A stretch of DNA of 64,000 nt from an uncultured bacterium (GTDB lineage Bacteria; Chloroflexota; UBA5177; JANWHV01), in assembly GCA_963827235.1 (NCBI GenBank), contig CAWHAE010000010.1:832001-896000 (forward strand). The letters run 5' to 3'. The notes beneath the pieces were generated by a model. It saw only the letters and a list, made by a program, of their open reading frames with translations, ran no database searches and was not told the DNA's origin. Every line of letters begins with the position of its first letter. Position 1 is the first letter of the stretch. The position numbers and the translations under genes are program-made. Below are positions 19,390 through 29,659 of the stretch, in pieces.

Positions 19390-20278
19390 ACCATCCCACG
19401 GTAGGCGTCCTGTTATCGCGCGTACGCGCGGAAGAGAAACTGCTTGTCGAAGCGCTTCATACCAAGGCCGTGCCGTACAGGCTGATCGACGATCGCGAGC
19501 TCGTCGCTCGACCTCGCGCTGCCGTTCCAGCCCGGCAAGGGCCGGGCGGCTGGCGCGCCCGCTTTCGAGGACGTGGACATCGTGATGGAGCGCTGCCTGT
19601 CCTTCTCGCGCGCGCAGAACGCCTTGCACGTGCTTGAGGAGTGGGGTATTCCCACGGTGAACCGCGCCGCCGTGGTGGACACCTGCGGCGACAAGCTGCT
19701 GACCACGCAGGCGCTGCTCCGCGACGGCGTGCCCACGCCCCGTACCCTGCTTGCTTTCACGCCGGAAACGGCGCTACTGGCGATCGAGCAGCTTGGCTAT
19801 CCCTGCGTGCTCAAGCCGACGGTCGGCTCGTGGGGCAGGCTGCTGGCGCGGGTCAACGACCGCGACGCCGCCGAGGCGATCCTGGAGCACAAGGACGTGC
19901 TGGGCAGCTACCAGCACAGCATCTTCTATATTCAGGAGTACGTGCACAAGCCCGGGCGCGACATTCGCGCCTTCGTGATCGGCGACCGCTGCGTGGCCGC
20001 GATCTACCGGCACAGCGAGCACTGGATCACCAATACGGCGCGGGGCGGGGCAGCAACCAACTGCCCGGTCACGGACGAGCTGCAAGACATCTGCTGCCGG
20101 GCGGCACGGGCCGTCGGAGGCGGGCTGCTGGCGATCGACGTGGTGGAGTCCGAGCGCGGCCTGCTGATTATCGAGGTCAACGGCACCATGGAGTTCCGCA
20201 ACAGCGTGGAGCCCACCGGGGTGGACATTACCGGCTCTCATGGTCGACTACGTGCTGGACGAGGCCGCGCGTGAGTGA
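19386..20278 (+). CDS. lysX: Alpha-aminoadipate--LysW ligase, RimK-like ATP-grasp (frameshifts near 19507 and 20236)
   Basis: [46 protein letters not shown]. Confidence 0.92.
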
Positions 20279-21331
20279 GCTGAAGCGTCTCGATCGTCGG
20301 CGCCGCCGGGTACACCGGCGGTGAGCTGCTGCGGATTCTGCTTGCTCACCCGTTCGTCAACGTCGCTCAGGCGACGTCCGAGAGCCGGAAGGGCAAGCCG
20401 GTTCACAGCGCGCATCCGAATTTGCGCAAACGCAGCAGTCTGGCGTTCTGCGGGCGCGACGAGCTGGGTCCGTGCGACGTCCTCTTTCTTTGCCTTCCGC
20501 ATGGCGAGGCGTCGCAGACCATCGACCGCTTTCTCGGCCTGGCTCCTCAGGTGGTCGACCTGTCCGCCGATTTCCGCCTGCGCGACGCCGAACGTGTACC
20601 GGCGCTGGTACGGACACGACCACCCCAGGCCCGAGCTGCTCGGCAGCTTCGTCTACGGCCTGCCCGAACTGCACCGCGCCGAGCTGGCAGGCGCGAGACA
20701 TGTGAGCGGCACCGGTTGCCTTGCGACCGCGGCCATTCTTGCCCTCTATCCCCTGGTTGCCGCCGGGCTGGTCGACTCCCGGTACCTCGTGGTGGACGCG
20801 AAGGTCGGATCATCGGCCGGCGGAGTGACTGCCGGGCCGGACTCGCATCACCCGGAGAGAAGCGGGGCCATGCGCTCCTTCAGTCCGGTCGGGCACCGCC
20901 ATTCCGCGGAGTTGCTGCAGGAGCTCCCGTTCACCGACCGCAGCGCAGCAGACGGCCCACGCGTTGCTTTCTCAGCCACGGCCGTGGAAGCGGTGCGGGG
21001 CATTCTGGTCACCGCCCAGGCCTATCTGCTGCAGGAGTGCGACGAAAAGCGCCTGTGGAGGGTGTACAGGGAGTGCTACGGCGACGAGCCCTTCGTCCGA
21101 CTCGTCAAGGAACGCCAGGGCATCTATCGCTACCCCGAGCCGAAGATCCTGGCCGGCACCAACTTCTGCGACGTCGGCTTCGCCCTCGACCCAGACGGCT
21201 ACCGCGTCGTGGCCATCTCCGCGATCGATAATCTGGTGAAAGGCGCTGCAGGCAACGCGGTCCAGAGTCTGAACGCCATGCATGGCTGGCCGGAGACTAC
21301 CGGCCTCGAGTTCGTGGGGCTTCATCCATGA
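20271..21331 (+). CDS. lysY: LysW-gamma-aminoadipyl-phosphate reductase, ArgC-like (frameshifts near 20284 and 20593)
   Basis: [48 protein letters not shown]. Confidence 0.92.
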
Positions 21332-22185
21332 AAGGGCAGGGATTGCTGGTCGTCAAGCTCGGCGGCGGCGCCGGTATCGACGTCGAGGCATGCTGCGACG
21401 ACATCGCCGAGCTCTGGAAGCAGGGCATCCGGATGATCGTCGTACACGGCGGGGCCGACGAAACGTCGGAGCTGGGTGAGAAGCTCGGGCACCCGGCCCA
21501 GTTCGTCACACACCCCAACGGCATGACCAGCCGCTACACGGATCGCGAGACCGCGGAGATTCTGGCCATGGCCTGCGCAGGCCGAAGGAATGTAACCATG
21601 GTCGAGGGCTTGCAGAGACGCGGCGTACAAGCGCTCGGCCTGTCGGGCGTGGATGGCGCCGTGCTGCGTGGACCGCGTAAGGAAAGCGTCACCATCATGC
21701 AGGGCCAAAGGCGGGTCATCCTGCGGGACAACCATACCGGCACCGTGACCCAGGTCAACGCGCAGCTCCTGCGGATACTCCTCGGTGCCGGATACTTGCC
21801 GGTGCTCTGCCCGCCGGCGATCAGCATGGATGGCGAGCTGATGAATGTCGACGGCGACCGGGCAGCCGCCGCGGTGGCTTCCGCACTCGGCGCCGGCGAC
21901 CTGGTCATCCTGAGCGACGTGCCCGGATTGCTGCGCGATGTCCAGGATCCCGACTCCCTGGTAGGGCGCGTGGCGCCAGACTCATTCGACGATGCGATGA
22001 GCATGGCCCACGGCAGCATGAAGAAGAAGCTGCTCGGCGCTCGAGAAGCCGTGACGAGCGGCGTTGGGCGTGTCGTGCTCGCTCGAGGTCGTGGCCCGGC
22101 GCCCGTGCAAGGGGCGCTGGCAGGCCGCGGCACGGTAGTGGAGTGGCCCATGGCCGTAGACGGGGGTCGAGCCGCCGGCAGCTAA
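21328..22185 (+). CDS. lysZ: LysW-gamma-aminoadipate kinase, ArgB-like
   Basis: VVKLGG, VHGG, SRYTD, NVDGDRAA, SDVPG, MKKK. Confidence 0.93.
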   Translation: MKGQGLLVVKLGGGAGIDVEACCDDIAELWKQGIRMIVVHGGADETSELGEKLGHPAQFVTHPNGMTSRYTDRETAEILAMACAGRRNVTMVEGLQRRGVQALGLSGVDGAVLRGPRKESVTIMQGQRRVILRDNHTGTVTQVNAQLLRILLGAGYLPVLCPPAISMDGELMNVDGDRAAAAVASALGAGDLVILSDVPGLLRDVQDPDSLVGRVAPDSFDDAMSMAHGSMKKKLLGAREAVTSGVGRVVLARGRGPAPVQGALAGRGTVVEWPMAVDGGRAAGS

Positions 22186-22229
22186 GAGCAAACCAGGTTC
22201 GACTAACACAGACAGGAGAAGGCGAGGTC

Positions 22230-23438
22230 ATGGCAACTCCTACAGTTTCGACTGCTCAGCTCATTGAGGCACGCTATACCAGCGGTGTCTACGGTAAGCG
22301 CGACGTCACCATCGTGCGGGGCGAAGGTGCCGTAGTGTGGGACGATCGAGGTGTCCGGTACCTCGACTGCACGGCAGGCTATGGCTGCGCCAACATCGGG
22401 CACGCGCATCCAGCCCTCGTAAAGGCGATCAGTGATCAGGCTGCGACGCTGGTGAGCTGTCAGGAAGCCTTCTATAACGACCGGCGCGCCGAGCTCTTGC
22501 AGGCGCTTGCCGCTCTCACGCCTCCCGGATTGGACCGCTTCTTCTTGTGCAATTCTGGCGCGGAGGCGAACGAGGCCGCGCTCAAGTTCGCCCGCCTTGC
22601 CACGGGTAGAGCCGGGATCGTCGCGACACAGCGCGGCTTTCACGGTCGCACGATGGGGGCACTTTCAGCTACCTGGGAGGCCGCCTATCGCGAGCCGTTT
22701 GAGCCCCTGCTGCCGCAGGTCCGCCACGTGCCCTTCGACCGGCTGGAAGCCATGGAGGCGGCAGTGGACGACACGGTCGGCGCGGTGATCGTGGAAGTGG
22801 TTCAGGGCGAAGGCGGCGTGAGGCCGGCGAGCGGGGGGTACCTGCACGCCCTTTCGGCACTCTGTCGGGATCGCGGCGCAATGCTGATTGTGGACGAAGT
22901 CCAGACTGGATTCGGCCGCACCGGCCGCATGTTCGCCTGCGAGCACGAGCCGGTTGCGCCCGATCTGCTGTGCATGGGCAAGTCGATTGCCGGAGGGGTG
23001 CCGATGGGGGCGGTGGCAATCGGTCCACGCGTTCAGGGGCTCAAGCCCGGGACACACGGCTCGACGTTCGGCGGCAACCCACTGGCCTGTGCCGCGAGCC
23101 TGGCCACCATCGGCGTGATGCGCGAGGAGCGGCTGAGCGAGCGAGCGGCGGTCACAGGAGCACATATGCTCGCCCGCCTGAGCGGGATGCGTGCGCCCGT
23201 TATCCGGGAAGTGCGCGGACTCGGCCTGTTGCTCGGCATCGAGCTTCGGGAGCGCGTGCGGCCCGTGCTCTCGGCGCTGCAAGCGCGGGGCGTGCTGGTG
23301 CTGCCGGCGGGAGCGACGACACTACGTCTCCTGCCTCCGCTGGCGATCGACGACGCCCAGGTGGAGCAGGTGCTCACCGTGATCGAGGAGACGCTGTCGA
23401 GCTGGCAACAGTCGAAGGCGGGGCCGGCCCATGGATAA
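22230..23438 (+). CDS. lysJ: LysW-aminoadipate semialdehyde transaminase, ArgD-like
   Basis: [35 protein letters not shown]. Confidence 0.94.
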   Translation: MATPTVSTAQLIEARYTSGVYGKRDVTIVRGEGAVVWDDRGVRYLDCTAGYGCANIGHAHPALVKAISDQAATLVSCQEAFYNDRRAELLQALAALTPPGLDRFFLCNSGAEANEAALKFARLATGRAGIVATQRGFHGRTMGALSATWEAAYREPFEPLLPQVRHVPFDRLEAMEAAVDDTVGAVIVEVVQGEGGVRPASGGYLHALSALCRDRGAMLIVDEVQTGFGRTGRMFACEHEPVAPDLLCMGKSIAGGVPMGAVAIGPRVQGLKPGTHGSTFGGNPLACAASLATIGVMREERLSERAAVTGAHMLARLSGMRAPVIREVRGLGLLLGIELRERVRPVLSALQARGVLVLPAGATTLRLLPPLAIDDAQVEQVLTVIEETLSSWQQSKAGPAHG

Positions 23439-24487
23439 CCTGGAACTGCTTATCGGTCATGCTTCGTATCCAGAGCCTGTCAGGTCAGGAAGTCAAGCTG
23501 GCTCGGTTCCTGGTGGACGAGCTGCAGGAACGCGGGTTCCGCAGCCACATCGACTCGGCGGGCAACGCCGTGGGCGAGATCGGCGACGCCGCCAGCGGAC
23601 CCACAATCATGCTGCTCGGCCACATGGACACCGTTTCCGGCGACATCCACGTGCGGCGGGAGGGCGATCTTCTGTACGGTCGAGGCGCCTGCGATGCCAA
23701 GGGGCCTCTGGCCTCGTTCATCGCCGCGGCGTCTCGCTTCAAGGGCCCTGGGCGGGTGGTAGTCGTCGGCGCCGTAGAGGAGGAGGCCGCGACATCGAAA
23801 GGCGCTCGAGTGATCGCCAACACCTACATGCCCGACTGCGCCATCATCGGCGAGCCCAGCTCATGGGACCGCGTCACAGTTGGCTACAAGGGAAGACTGC
23901 TCGCGCACTACACCGTATCTCGCGAAACCGCGCACACGGCGCACGATCAGCAGAACGCGAGCGAGGCGGCGGTGGCCTTCTGGCAAGCGGTGACGGAAGC
24001 CATCGCGAAGGAGAACGCAAGCCGTCCGCCGGGAGCCTTTGAGCGCCTCTCGCCGTCACTGCGCATGATGAGCTCGGCCAGCGACGGCATGCGCGACATT
24101 GCTTCGCTCAGCCTGGGATTTCGACTTCCGCCCGGATTCTCGGCCGACGCCTGGCGCGCCGAGCTGGTCGAGCTCGCCGGCGACTGCGTACATCGACTTC
24201 TCCGCCTACGAGCCGGCGGTCAGAGTGCCAAAGAACACGCCCGTGGCCCGCGCCTTCCTGCGCGGCATTCGCGGGCATGGCGGCACGCCACGCTTCGTCG
24301 TCAAGACGGGCACGAGCGACCTGAATGTCGTCAGCGAAAAGTGGGGCTGCCCCATGCTGGCGTACGGTCCGGGAGATTCGCTGCTTGACCACACACCGCA
24401 CGAACACATTAACATTCATGAATACCAGCCGCGATTGACGTGCTGAGCATGGTACTGGAGGAGCTACCGCGATCCCTGGCAAGCTAG
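23431..24487 (+). CDS. lysK: LysW-gamma-lysine hydrolase, M20 family (frameshifts near 23455, 24183 and 24428)
   Basis: [40 protein letters not shown]. Confidence 0.9.
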
Positions 24488-24554
24488 CATTCGACACGAG
24501 GATGTCTCGGCCGACTTGCCGGGACAGATATCGACGGCAAAAGAGGAGACGAGA

Positions 24555-24719
24555 ATGAACGCGGAATGCCCTGAGTGCGCGGCAGCGGTGTCTACACAAG
24601 GAGCGTTGAAAGGGGAGATACTCACCTGCTCGGAATGTGGTGCCGAGCTGGAAGTCGTGGAGGTCAGCCCTCCGTCGCTTGCGCTGGCCCCTCAGGAAGA
24701 AGAGGACTGGGGCGAGTAG
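24555..24719 (+). CDS. lysW: Amino-group carrier protein LysW
   Basis: CPEC and CSEC zinc ribbon with C-terminal EEDWGE; GAGGAG RBS. Confidence 0.97.
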   Translation: MNAECPECAAAVSTQGALKGEILTCSECGAELEVVEVSPPSLALAPQEEEDWGE

Positions 24720-24771
24720 ACGAGCCGGCGGCTCGGCGGCAACGGAACAGCCAGGTGACCGTGTAGCGTAT

Positions 24772-24800
24772 TTGACACGTTACCAGACGGTCAGTACGAT
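24772..24800 (+). promoter_or_regulatory. sigma70 promoter of dxs
   Basis: TTGACA-N17-TACGAT. Confidence 0.7.
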
Positions 24801-24913
24801 GAGGGAGCCGGCTTGATACGCTGCCGCCGACCCGCCGTGGCGCGTGCCGGCCCAGGGCATATCTTCGATGCCGATTGAATGCGCCGTGGTCTCTGAGACG
24901 TCTAGGGAGGGAC

Positions 24914-26795
24914 ATGCCGCGCCTTCTTGATTCTGTGAACTATCCACGCGACCTCCACAACCTCGACGCGGCTCAGCTCTCCCAGGTCGCGCGCGAGCTC
25001 CGCGAAGAGCTCATCGCCACCGTCAAACAGACCGGCGGACATCTTTCGTCGAATCTCGGCTCCGTTGAGTTCACGGTGGCGCTCCACAGCGTCTTTGACA
25101 GCCCACGCGACAAGATCGTGTGGGATACAGGCCACCAGGCCTATCCACACAAGATGCTGACGGGCCGCAGATCGCTGATGCATACGATCAGGCAGGAAGG
25201 CGGCATTTCCGGCTTCCTGATGCGCGAGGAAAGCGAGCACGATCAGTTTGGCGCCGGCCACGCCAGTACGGCGGTGTCTGCCGCGGTCGGCATGGCAGTG
25301 GCGCGCGACCTGCGGCGGGAGGACCACTCTGTGGTCGCGATCCTCGGCGACGGCGCGCTGACGGGCGGCCTTGCGTATGAGGCGATCAACAACGCGGGAC
25401 AGCTCAAGACGCCGCTGGTCGTCGTGCTGAACGACAACGCGATGTCGATCTCGCCGAACGTCGGCGCGGTCGCCCGAATGCTCGAGCGCGTGCGCACCGA
25501 TCCCCGCTACAGCGCGGCCAAGGGCGAGGTCGAGCATATCCTCCACATGATGCCGATGGGCGGCACCGCCCTCGGCGCGGCCAAAGCGCGTCAAGAAGAG
25601 CGTCAAGGAGCTTGTGCTCTTCAACATGTTCTGGGAAGAGCTGGGCTTCACGTACCTGGGACCGGTAGATGGGCACGACATGGCGCGCCTGCTGGAGGTG
25701 CTCCGCCGGGCGCGAACGGTACGAGGGCCGGTGCTCGTCCACCTGTTCACGACCAAAGGAAAGGGCTACGACCCGGCCGAGGCCGACAACGAGAAGCTGC
25801 ATAGCATCTCGCCCCCCAACACGCCGAAGGCCGCGGCGCCGAACTACGACGCCGTGTTCGGCAGGACGCTGACCGCGATCGCGGAAACCGACCGGCGAGT
25901 GGTGGGCATCACGGCGGGCATGTGCGGCGGCACGGGTCTGGTCGAATTCAGCAAGAAGTTCCCGGAGCGGTTCTTCGACGTCGGCATTGCCGAGGAGCAC
26001 GCGGTCACGTTCGCGGCCGGCCTCGCCACCCAGGGCATGCGGCCGGTAGCGGCTATCTACTCGACGTTCTTGCAGCGCGCCTTCGACCAGGTCATTCATG
26101 ATGTGTGCATTCAGAACCTGCACGTCGTGTTCGCGCTGGATCGAGCAGGAGTGGTCGGCAGCGACGGTCGCACGCATCAGGGCGTGTTCGACCTGAGCTA
26201 TCTGCGGGCTATCCCAAACATGGTGTTGATGGCGCCCAAGGATGAGGGTGAGCTGCGGCAAATGCTGTTCACCGCTATCCAGCACAATGGCCCGATCGCC
26301 CTCCGCTATCCGCGTGGGTCCGGATATGGCGTCCCGCTGAGCGAACCTTTGAAGGCGATGCAGATTGGCACCAGCGAAACGTTGCGCTCAGGTACCGATG
26401 TGGCCATCGTGGCAATTGGGTCATCGGTCATGCCAGCGTGTGAAGCCGCCGAGCTGCTTGCCGAGCAGAACATCAGCGCCACCGTGGTGAACGCGCGCTT
26501 CGCTAAGCCGTTGGACGAGAACGTGCTCCGGCAGCTGGCCGGCGACTTCCACCACATCTTTACCGTCGAGGAGAACGTCCTAATCGGGGGCTTCGGCTCC
26601 GGAGTATTGGAGTTCTTCGAGCACGCAGGTATCTGCAACGTCGCCGTGCATCGGCTGGGTATACCTGACCGGTTCGTCGACCATGCCACTCAGGCTCAGC
26701 AGCGGCGAGAGTTGCGCATAGACGCGACAGGCATTGCCGAGCAAGTTCGTACCGTGGTGTTTGCCGCGCAGTCGCTGACCACCGGCGGATCGTAG
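24914..26795 (+). CDS. dxs: 1-deoxy-D-xylulose-5-phosphate synthase (frameshift near 25585)
   Basis: GGHLSSNLG, WDTGHQAYPHK, GDGA, NDN, GIAEEH, YSTFLQR, DRAG, RYPRG. Confidence 0.95.
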
Positions 26796-27031
26796 GCCGT
26801 TCTCGTCCGATTTCTACTGTCTCGATCTGTTCGAGTGAGGAGTGGCTACTCCGCAGCGCGCGTCACCAGTGCGCCGCGGAGCAAATTGGCGCGCAGACGT
26901 GAACGGCATGCCTGTCAATCCCCATTACAGGAGAAACTAATTCCGTCATGATGTAGAATAGTGACGCAAATAGAATCCTACCGGTAGTATTTCGTTCAAT
27001 GTGCGTGTGACCAATGGATACGGAGAAAGAC

Positions 27032-27397
27032 ATGACGCGATCCGTGGAACGCGAGAACGCTCGACGTAGCGCGGGCTCCGAGCCGCAGGTTGCTCTCTCT
27101 CGACCGCCGCTGCGTCTGATGCCGCCGGGCGAATCCGCAGGCTCGGCGGCTATCTGGCACGGCGATTCCGACCTCGAATCCCCGGCGGGCACAACCTTGC
27201 GGGACTGGCCGACCGCTCGCGCCTTCGCGCCACTCATTGCCGCCGCGCTGCGCGCCGGAGACATGGATCTGGTCAGGCAGCTGCGAGCAGATCAGCGCTA
27301 TTGCGCGGCCATGCGACGTAAGATCAGGCTGGCTGGAGTCGGCAGCCGGCCGCGCGACGAAGACCCAGACACGGGCACGCCTCCGCTGCCACTCTAG
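27032..27397 (+). CDS. Hypothetical protein
   Basis: GGAG RBS before ATG; AT-rich upstream region with two TAGAAT boxes; no family recognised. Confidence 0.5.
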   Translation: MTRSVERENARRSAGSEPQVALSRPPLRLMPPGESAGSAAIWHGDSDLESPAGTTLRDWPTARAFAPLIAAALRAGDMDLVRQLRADQRYCAAMRRKIRLAGVGSRPRDEDPDTGTPPLPL

Positions 27398-27467
27398 ACC
27401 GGTGTGCCGGCCGCTCGATATGGCGCCTACCATCGGGATCCGCTCCCTCGGAAGTCACAGCGGCCGG

Positions 27468-28253
27468 CTATACCTTGCTGTTCTCCGTAGAAGTGGCCAG
27501 ACTACCGTCGGGCAGTTCGTTGATACTGAAATCGGCAAACATGCTGGGCGACTCCTTCTGCATGATGCGCAGCAGCGCCACCGCAAGCTTGCGAATCTCC
27601 GGCTCGGCAAACGGGGAACCGCGCAGCTCGACGAAGTGCCGCAGCGCTCGCGCGTTCGCCGTGACGAAGATCTTTGTCTCCGTCGCGTTCGGCAACACGC
27701 TGCGAGCTGCCTGGCGGGCGGCCTTTCGCCGCTCCGTGCCTTTGACCTCCGGTGAGCCGCTTCGCAGTCGTTCGGCAAGCTTCTCCGCGAGCGCGACATA
27801 GGCACGGTGCGCGTGCTCGACCGCTTCCGCCCAGATCGCATGCAGATCGCTGTCCGCGGCGATGATGTCCGGCTCCACGAAGTCCGTTTCGCTTTCATCG
27901 ACGTATCTCTGGCTGAGCTGGCTGAAGGACCAACCGGCGCGATGCCTGACCAGCTCGTGGGTGAGCGACCGCGAGACGCCCGCGATCAGAAACGTCCAGA
28001 CGGCGTGCTCGAGCACGCTGCCGTGCCGCTGCGAAAGGATATTCGCGATGTACTCGTCATTATGGCGGCGGCCCTGCTTGCTGCCGAATGCCATATAGCA
28101 GACTCTCCCGCCCATCTCGGCAAGCAGCTCGCCGCCGACCTCCGTGTCGGTCTCCCAGCTTGCCCCTGCCGAGGCCAGGAAGCGCTGGACCTCTTGGTCG
28201 TCCACCTCCTGGCGACCGATCAGATAGACCGTGGGCTCATGCAGGACAGACAC
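27468..28253 (-). CDS. thyX: FAD-dependent thymidylate synthase
   Basis: HGSVLEH, SRSLTHELVRHR, SQLSQRY, ARSVLPN, AEPEIR. Confidence 0.96.
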   Translation of the reverse strand: MSVLHEPTVYLIGRQEVDDQEVQRFLASAGASWETDTEVGGELLAEMGGRVCYMAFGSKQGRRHNDEYIANILSQRHGSVLEHAVWTFLIAGVSRSLTHELVRHRAGWSFSQLSQRYVDESETDFVEPDIIAADSDLHAIWAEAVEHAHRAYVALAEKLAERLRSGSPEVKGTERRKAARQAARSVLPNATETKIFVTANARALRHFVELRGSPFAEPEIRKLAVALLRIMQKESPSMFADFSINELPDGSLATSTENSKV

Positions 28254-28334
28254 CGCTCCTCACTCCTTCAGGCTCTCGCAACTCCATATGGGCCGCAAGG
28301 CACGCGCGGTCCTCGGGTTCGCACCGGAACGACA

Positions 28335-29564
28335 TCACAACGTGAGGCCCGGGATATGGACCTCGCGCACCTCATTCGTGGCCATGCACGTCACCAGCAC
28401 GGCGCTATGCCCGTCCAGCGCAAGCCCGAGCGGCTCGCCGCCGGTAGACAAGGGGAACGACTGCGGCTGAGTCATCGAAGGATCGTACACCAGCAGAGCG
28501 TTGTGAGCCGGATCCGTGGCCAGCACCCGACCGGCACTCAACACGATGAGGCGCGGAGAATGCTGTGTGTCCGGTATGGAGATCGGCCACTGCTGCAGCA
28601 TACCCCATGACGTCGAAAAGTGCAGCAGCCGGCGGGATTGGCTGTCGAGCACGTAGAACGTGCCATCGGTCGCCACTGCTACCGCACACGGCTGATTGAA
28701 GAGCACCACTCCACTACCGAGTGTGCCGGGCTGTGTTGCCAGCAGCGAGAACTTGGCATCAAGTGTGATAATCGCGTTTGTCGCCGGATCGGCGACCACG
28801 ATCTGCCCTTTGCTACCGACCACGATATCGCGCGACTCGCCCAGGTGCAGGCCGAGATCCGAGTATGCCACCAACTTTCCGCCCGCGGTGTATTCGTCGA
28901 TCTGGCCGACATCGCTATCCAGCACCAGAAGCCTGTGGCCGGGGGTCAGTGCCAGACTGAATGGTGCCCGTAAAGGTCCGCTGCCGCCCACGGTGATTTG
29001 CTTCACCAGCTTGCCATGGCCGTCGAGAAGCACGACGCGGTGATGGCCGGTGTCGGCAAGTGCCAGGCCGCCGCCCGGCAGGAGAAGCGCGTCCTGGGGT
29101 TGCAGTAACATACCGGCACCGAACGCCCGACCGGGAGCGAGTGTCGCTCCCGCCACGGGCGACAGCACCGCGGTGCTCTGCGGCAGGGTGGCGACGGGGG
29201 TAGGTAGTTGCAGGGCCTGCGCGTTAGCGCCCGACGGTTCGCTCGACTGGAAGAGGTGCGTCAGCACGACACCGGACACCACGAGGAACAGCACGAACGC
29301 TACCACGCTCGTCACGACGACAAGACGCCGGGATTGCAGGAGTGGTCGCCGCGCCGCGACCGGAAGCGACGCCACCGCGGGAACCTGCGCCGGGTCGACC
29401 GCCGGGGGGCTCACGGATGCTTCCGCGGGCGAGCCCTGCCGAACATGGGAAGCGCGCGGTGGAGATTCTTCTTGCGAGCTCAGCACATGCCAGAGGATGC
29501 CGAGCAGTGACTGATCGCTGAACCGCCGTCGACGTCGAGCCATCACCACCGCTTTCGCGTGCAT
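28335..29564 (-). CDS. Single-pass membrane protein with an NHL-repeat beta-propeller
   Basis: One TM segment, Pro/Thr linker, repeated blades (PQDALL..ADTGHHRV, FNQPCAVAV..DG.FYVLDS). Confidence 0.85.
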   Translation of the reverse strand: MHAKAVVMARRRRRFSDQSLLGILWHVLSSQEESPPRASHVRQGSPAEASVSPPAVDPAQVPAVASLPVAARRPLLQSRRLVVVTSVVAFVLFLVVSGVVLTHLFQSSEPSGANAQALQLPTPVATLPQSTAVLSPVAGATLAPGRAFGAGMLLQPQDALLLPGGGLALADTGHHRVVLLDGHGKLVKQITVGGSGPLRAPFSLALTPGHRLLVLDSDVGQIDEYTAGGKLVAYSDLGLHLGESRDIVVGSKGQIVVADPATNAIITLDAKFSLLATQPGTLGSGVVLFNQPCAVAVATDGTFYVLDSQSRRLLHFSTSWGMLQQWPISIPDTQHSPRLIVLSAGRVLATDPAHNALLVYDPSMTQPQSFPLSTGGEPLGLALDGHSAVLVTCMATNEVREVHIPGLTL

Positions 29565-29659
29565 GACACAATACCAGCGTCAGTATCGCAGCCGATCCGC
29601 CCTCAATGCAATGAGAGAGACGGCCCGGACGCCACGCCCGGTCACTTGCGTTGCTTCCG

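Noticed and set aside
17870-25600. Programmed frameshifting or phase variation in the lys operon
   Set aside because: No shared slippery sequence or long homopolymer at the sites; too many events; dxs is also affected
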